A stretch of 12,187 bases of DNA from Takakia lepidozioides (taxonomy: Eukaryota > Plantae > Bryophyta). The stretch lies in contig JAKLZA010000374.1 in the NCBI GenBank assembly GCA_030704615.1, positions 1 to 12,187 on the forward strand, given 5' to 3'. The notes below the pieces were generated by a model, which was given only the letters and a program-made list of their open reading frames with translations, was not told where the DNA came from and did no database searches. Positions 6,896-12,187 of the stretch are shown here, piece by piece. Both the position numbers and the translations under genes were made by a program. Numbering within the stretch: position 1 is the first letter of the stretch; each line of letters begins with the position of its first letter.

Positions 6896-8754
6896 CCTAG
6901 CCTTGGCAACACTAGGTAGTGGTGCTACCCGTGTAGCTCTCCCCAATGGCATAGTAACCTCCGCCTCGGTAACAGTCGGGCGAGAACTAGGTGCCATGGA
7001 TGGCGTCGACACTGTCTCCGCCAATGTGAATGACTGAGGAAGCCTAGCCTGACGGCTTGCCTCCCCACGCTGTGGATCCAACTCCACCTCTGCACCTCGT
7101 GGCTCAGGAACTCGTGCTGCTCCTCGAGTCACGGCTGCAGCAGACTCCACCTGCACTAGTGGTAGTGCTGCTCCACACATGAATCCCATGCCTCCCATAT
7201 CTCCTCCCTCAGGAGCAGGAGGTGGACCATCCGGCCTTAGAGCCGGTACCACCTGAGCTGTAGCCATGGCAGCGAGCCTCTGCTCTAGCTGCTGAAGCCG
7301 GTTGGCCATGCCTTGGTCAACACCCTGACCTCCGCGTCCTTGGCCACGTTGAGCTTGCCCTTGGCCTGCACCTCGTGGCTGGCCACCTCGTCCTCTCTGG
7401 GCTGCTCCACCTCGCCCCCGGCCACCATTGTTCCCTTGGAACTGGCCTGGGCGCAACTCAGGATGCAAACCATAACACTGGGCCTCTCCATGCCCGTGCT
7501 TGCCACAATGCCCACACTGCAACTGTGCAGGCTGTGCATGTGCCGACCCTTTGCCTCCCTCTGGGCAATCCTTCTTGACATGGGGTCCTCCACATGTCCA
7601 GCACACCACATCCGCCCGTTGTTGGCCAGCAAATGAAGGGAGAACCCCTTGCATCTGAGGTCCTCTCTGCCTTCCCTGAGCTTCACCTGAGCCCCCTTGT
7701 TGCCTTGAGCACGTTGAGGTAGTGGTTGGCTAGGAGCACCACTACCCCGTTGTCTCCTTAGCAAATCCCACCATGACCACTCGTTCCTCCACCATGTTGA
7801 GCTCTATCCGCTCTGCCAGCAAAAACACATTGCTAAGGTGGGTTGGGCCGCTTGTAGAGAGTTGCATCCCGCACCCTTCTCCTCAGCTCCTTGTCCAATA
7901 TCCCATACCAGAATTGGACTGCCTGAGCTTCCGTACCCCTTGGGTTACATTTATCAAGCGCCTCATGCGAGTGAAAGCCTCCCTCAAGCTCTCGGTCGGC
8001 TTCCGTTGGAACTCTTGCAAGCTCCGCAAACTTCTCTGTCCTCACCCCTTGGTAGTTCCCTCTCAACTCTTCGAAGAACTCCACAACAGGGTTGAAGGCA
8101 GCACGGGTGCTAGTGCTGGTGCGGTAGTGGCTTGGGTGGACGTCGTAGCTACTGTAGTACCACCAGTCCCACTGCTGCTTGCTGAAGCTGCCGGTGCAGC
8201 GGCAGGTGTAGCCACTGCCCTCGTGGCTCTAGTGCCCCTAGTGATGGAGACATAGTCGGGGTGACCAGTACATCCTCCACTCCTCGATCTCAACCTCATG
8301 CCCCCGCCTGAACTCATGGTAATCATCCATAGGCGGCCCCTCAAGGTGCTGAAACAGCCCTTTCCATGCCATGAAAGGCGTAAATAGTTGGATTGCGCAT
8401 TTGCTGCAAATCACACCAACTATCAAACTCTTGGATAAAATCATCCAACTCGATGGTGCCCACCGCCCCAGAGTACCTTCGTGGCCCCTTGGTAGCTCCA
8501 TACATCTCCTCCATTGTGTCCCACAATAATGGCAAAGAAACAACTTGCACCGCCGGTATGAGCCCTCCTGATTCACAATCCGAATCAGAACCTTCCGTGG
8601 AAGACACAGGAGGTGAAGGTGGCCTAAACCGCACACCTCGTCTCGTGTACCCACTAGTATCGCTAGTGCTCGAACCGGCACTGTCCCCAGCAACTAGTGG
8701 CACCTCCGTGTTGACACTCAACGTCATGAACATGTCCCCTAACCCCCTCTCCAC
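6896..8754 (-). CDS. gag: Gag (capsid-like region, two Zn knuckles, RGG-rich tract), broken by several frameshifts
   Basis: Consecutive fragments in ORFs 8341..8754, 8238..8693, 8063..8344, 7833..8084, 7285..7764 and 6872..7654: YSG...LDDFIQEFD; AWKGLFQHLEG; FFEELRGNY; CWTCGGPHVKKDC; CGHCGKHGHGEAQC. First in-frame ATG at 8733; true start uncertain. Confidence 0.8.
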
Positions 8755-8989
8755 AAGTAACCAACCGGTAGAGAACCTGTTGCGGCTTATGGTTTGGGAA
8801 TACTAAGTTCCTAACATAGCCTACACTGAACCTGCATGACCATGGATATCATAAGATACTGGTCAAACCACCGCCCTCCCACGAGCTTCAAAATTCCCTG
8901 GCTTCCAGGACCACATGCAGTCTTAGTCCCACCAGTGCCTCCACAAGTCAGCACAGGCCATCCCCAGGTCACACGGGCCACATAGACCA

Positions 8990-10265
8990 TAACAGCCCAC
9001 ACAGCTCACTGGTCACAGCCGTCACAGTCCCCCAGGCCACTGGGCAACAGCCTGTCAGCCCCTCACAGCTCGTCAACAGCCTCAAAGGCCTCAGGCACAG
9101 CCTGTCACAGCCCCTCACATCCCATCACAGCCCCAACGGCCTCAGGAGCGGCCTGTCACATCCCCTCACAGGCCCGTCACATCCCCAAAGGCCTCATGCA
9201 CTGGCCTGTAACATGCCCGTCACAGCCCGTCACAGCCTCAAAGGCCTCATGCACGGCCTGTCACAGCCCCATCACAGCCCCAAAGGCCTCACACGGCCTG
9301 TCACAGCCCCTCACAGCACCGTCACGCACAGAATCAGCCCCAAAGCCTCAGGCGCGGCCTGTCACAGCCCCTCACAGCCCGTCACAAGCCCCAAAGGCCT
9401 CAGGCACGGCCTGTCACAGCCCCTCACACCCGTCACAGCCCCCAAGGCCTCATGCACGGCCTGTCACAGCCCCTCACAGCCCTCACACAAGCCCCAAGGC
9501 CATGGGCACGGCCTGTCAACAGCCCCTTCACAGCCCTTCACGCCCCAAAGGCCTCATGCACGGCCTGTCACGCCATCCCAGCCCCAAAGGCCTCAGGCAC
9601 GGCCTGTCACAGCCCCTCACAAGCCCGTCACATCAGCCCCAAAGCCTCAGGGCGGCCTTTCACAGCCCCTCACAGCCCGTCACAGCCCCAAAGGCCATGC
9701 ACGGCCTGTCAACAGCCCTCACAGCCCTTCCAACACAGCCAGCCTAAAGGCCCTCAGCACGGCCTGTCACAGCCCCTCACAGCCCGTCACACAGCCCCAA
9801 GGCCATGGGCACGGCCTGTCACAGCCCCTCACAGCCCGTCACAGCCTCAAAGGCCTCAGCAACGGCCTGTCCACACAGCCTCCACCAGCCCGTCACAGCC
9901 CCACAGGGCACAGCACAGCCCATCACAGCCCATCACAGCCTCAAAGGCCTCAGGCACGGCCTGTCACAGCCCCTCACAGCCCATCACAGCCCAAAGGCCA
10001 TGGGCACAGCCTGTCACAGCCCGTCACACAGCCCCACAGGCCTCAGGGCACAGCCTTCACAGCCCGACAGCCCGTCACAGCCCCAAAAGGCCATGGGCAC
10101 AGCCTGTCACAGCCTGACCTCAAACAGCCCGTCACAGCCCCACAGGGCACGGGCACAGCCGTTCAACAGCCCATCACAGCCTGTCACAGCCAGCCACAAC
10201 CGCACATCCGTCACAGCCTGACACACAGCCCGTCACAGCTTGCCACAGCAGCTTGCCACAGCCCA
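8990..10265. repeat. Tandem array of 10-bp CACAGCCCNT monomers organised in a ~51-bp higher-order unit
   Basis: Consensus CACGGCCTGT CACAGCCCCT CACAGCCCGT CACAGCCCCA AAGGCCTCAGG, roughly 20-25 units with degenerate edges. Confidence 0.95.
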
Positions 10266-10769
10266 CACATGGCGCTCTGGCAGTTTAGCCATTTCTCCAA
10301 GGGGTTTAGCCACGCCAAGCTAGGGTTTGTGTCTCTTGGACTCTAGGCTTCTTTCCACCGAGCTATGGTGGCTGTGAGAGAAATCAGCAAGGTATCCTTG
10401 TTCTTTTCGGCTCCCACACCACCATAGTAGCCCTAAGCCATGAGGTGGTTGCCACAAACCAAGCCTTCTTTCTCACTTAGCCTCCCCAACACGCCACTAA
10501 ACTCAATGGCAAACAACCAAGCCCTGCTGGTTCCCAGCCCTTGTGGAGCACTCATTCAAGCACTCTCATTGCCATAGCATCTGTCTTAGAGCCTATTCCA
10601 GCCCTCTACACCTGCTGCTTCCAGAGTTGCGCTCCCTTCAAGCTTGAAGTTGAAACCAGAAACCCAATCACATAGGCCCTACAAGTGCTGTTCTTTCACT
10701 CCAAGTGGAAACCAGCCCTAGACCTTCCGTTCTAGCTCTCTAAGCTTGAAAACAAGAGCCTCAATGGGC

Positions 10770-11086
10770 TGAAGGCATGCTCCACACATGCCCCACTCTC
10801 ACCAAAAAGAAATCAGCTCCTTTGCTTCATTTCTTCTTGCACCACACAAACCTGAAAATACAAGCTTCAGCATGCTGAAAGCATGCTCTACATGCCCTAC
10901 AGGGAAACCAAGCCCCTTCCTTCCTTCTTGCACTCCCACACCTAAAAGTGCAAGCCTCACCAGCCGATAGCATGCTCCACACATGCACATTGCCCTCAAT
11001 AAGGGAAGTCAGCCTTCCCTCTTCCTTGCTTGCCCTCCAAGCTGAAGATGGAAGCTTCATGAGCTGAATACATGCTCCACACATGC
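10770..11086. repeat. Four spaced copies of CATGCTCCACACATGC in the leader
   Basis: Copies at 10776, 10882 (variant), 10971 and 11071. Confidence 0.7.
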
Positions 11087-11776
11087 AACCTCTTCACACA
11101 AGAGATATCAGCCCCTATCTTGGCTCCTTGGCTCCTTGATGCTCTCTAAGACAAGACTAAGCACTCCATAGCCTTTGCCAAGCTCCTGAAACCCTAAGGC
11201 TTACATTTCCAGCCACAAGACACTTCTCTTTGGTGCAAGAGCTCTTCTTCCAAGCTCTAAACCCTAGGTGCACATCCATGGCCTTGCCGCACCTCTTAGC
11301 TCCTGTTCCAAGCCCTGCTCTTGCCATGACAAGAGCCCTCTCAATGCTGAAGCTCGAGATTGAAACCCAATCTCACATACTCCACAAAGTGCACTGATTT
11401 GCCCCAAGCCAAATCAGCCCTTTCGCTTGGTCTTGCAATCCTTCACACAATGACAAGCTCGCATTCCCAAGTCCAGTTCTCAGCTTTGCCACCAAAGCAC
11501 TATAACCTGCTCTTGACTGGTCCTCTTCCCAATCGTGCTTGCTCATGCATGTACACAATCTGAAACCATCAAGGTGCTCTGGATTACCTACAGTATGGTG
11601 CTTTCATCTCTGAAGCTGAAGATCGAATGCCAAGGTTACCACTCGTAACCCACATCGCCTCCGCTTCTAACAACCAAGAGCTCCACGTGCTCCTTGCATA
11701 ACAACTTGGTTTCTCTCATTCTCAAGCAAAAACCACAAGTGCTCAACTAAACTCGTATCTAGCACTCTAGATACGA

Positions 11777-11792
11777 GCTCATCTTTCTCGAG
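11777..11792 (-). promoter_or_regulatory. Non-tRNA primer-binding site, complementary to a segment of repeat B (candidate self-priming)
   Basis: Sense CTCGAGAAAGATGAGC directly follows the CA end of 5' B and is the exact inverted repeat of 11958-11973 (and 886-901). Confidence 0.75.
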
Positions 11793-12118
11793 TGATAAAG
11801 AAGAAGAATACAAGCACAAGCTCATGCGAGCTCACAAAGCTGAAGCATAAACTCATGCATATATAACCTCATCACTCAAATACAAGTCAAGCCAAGTGCA
11901 CCCACGCCATGGGGAATCCCACCATACGGCGCCATAGCTAGGCGCGGTGAGGCTCAACTCGAGAAAGATGAGCCTCCCAGCGCTTGCCGTGAAGATAACC
12001 ACTCCAGGGCCTAATCTGCCTTGACCCCTGGATTGACACTTGGGCCAATCCCAAATGTCAATATGTAAAAGCTAGCTATTTCCTAGCTAGTTTCACACTA
12101 GTGGTAAATAACTTGACA
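11793..12118 (-). repeat. Repeat B, 5' terminal copy (326 bp)
   Basis: Direct repeat of 721-1047. Not preceded by A in element sense; homology ends at the A/B junction. Confidence 0.97.
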
Positions 12119-12187
12119 GTCATCCAATGTCCTCACCCATGTCCTCTGACTGGAAACAATTGTCAAGGAAGTTTTCTGCCTAACTTC

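Larger units (their letters stand above)
532..12118 (-). mobile_element. Full-length Ty3/Gypsy-like retrotransposon carrying a DNMT3-like methyltransferase and PHD finger, with split direct repeats (B-internal-A-B-A)
   Basis: Domain order gag-PR-MTase-RT-RH-IN-PHD. Termini read TGTC (532) and GACA (12118). Repeat A at 532-719 and 1050-1237; repeat B at 721-1047 and 11793-12118. Confidence 0.92.

Noticed and set aside
6020-6900. Programmed ribosomal frameshifts at ~6028 and ~6896
   Set aside because: No slippery heptamer is evident, and each is repaired by a single base, like the other indels in gag.
1291-8806. Numerous short antisense or alternate-frame ORFs
   Set aside because: Shadows of GC-rich gag-pol coding sequence with no recognisable domains.
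8990-10265. Possible CRISPR-like array
   Set aside because: No unique spacers and no cas genes; this is a contiguous minisatellite in a eukaryotic element.
9196-10346. Long plus-strand ORFs (183, 377, 221 and 138 aa)
   Set aside because: Open in all three frames because the tandem unit lacks stops. Translations are purely repetitive.
10788-11563. Short ORFs (60-85 aa) in the leader
   Set aside because: No motifs, and they overlap degenerate repeats.
721-12118. Ordinary LTR element with B alone as the LTR
   Set aside because: The PPT abuts A rather than B, no TSD flanks B...B, and the second A would be unexplained.
532-12118. DIRS/Ngaro tyrosine-recombinase element
   Set aside because: No ORF with R-H-R-Y recombinase motifs was seen. 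A protease and DDE integrase are present, and the MTase is C5 type rather than the DIRS adenine type. A badly frameshifted ORF in 10300-11750 cannot be fully excluded.

Overview
The window is almost entirely one ~11.6-kb eukaryotic retroelement on the minus strand (532-12118), probably from a green-plant lineage (inference). It is inserted into degenerate TE remnants. Coding order: Gag (two Zn knuckles), aspartic protease, DNMT3-like C5 cytosine methyltransferase, a single in-frame UAG in a CAR-YYA readthrough context, then RT, RNase H, DDE integrase and a PHD finger. The enzymes are Ty3/Gypsy-type but the ends are not conventional LTRs. In element sense the layout is B-internal-A-B-A, the split-direct-repeat arrangement known from tyrosine-recombinase elements (PAT/Ngaro/TOC1), yet no recombinase ORF is visible. 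A+B together read as one TG...CA LTR with a PPT before A and a self-complementary, non-tRNA PBS after B. Both element ends fall at the palindromic A/B junction GACAGCTGTC, with no normal target-site duplication. This suggests integration of a two-LTR circle opened inside one LTR (hypothesis from a single copy). The ~3-kb leader holds a 1.27-kb 10/51-bp tandem array. Frameshifts in gag-pro look like sequencing errors or recent decay.
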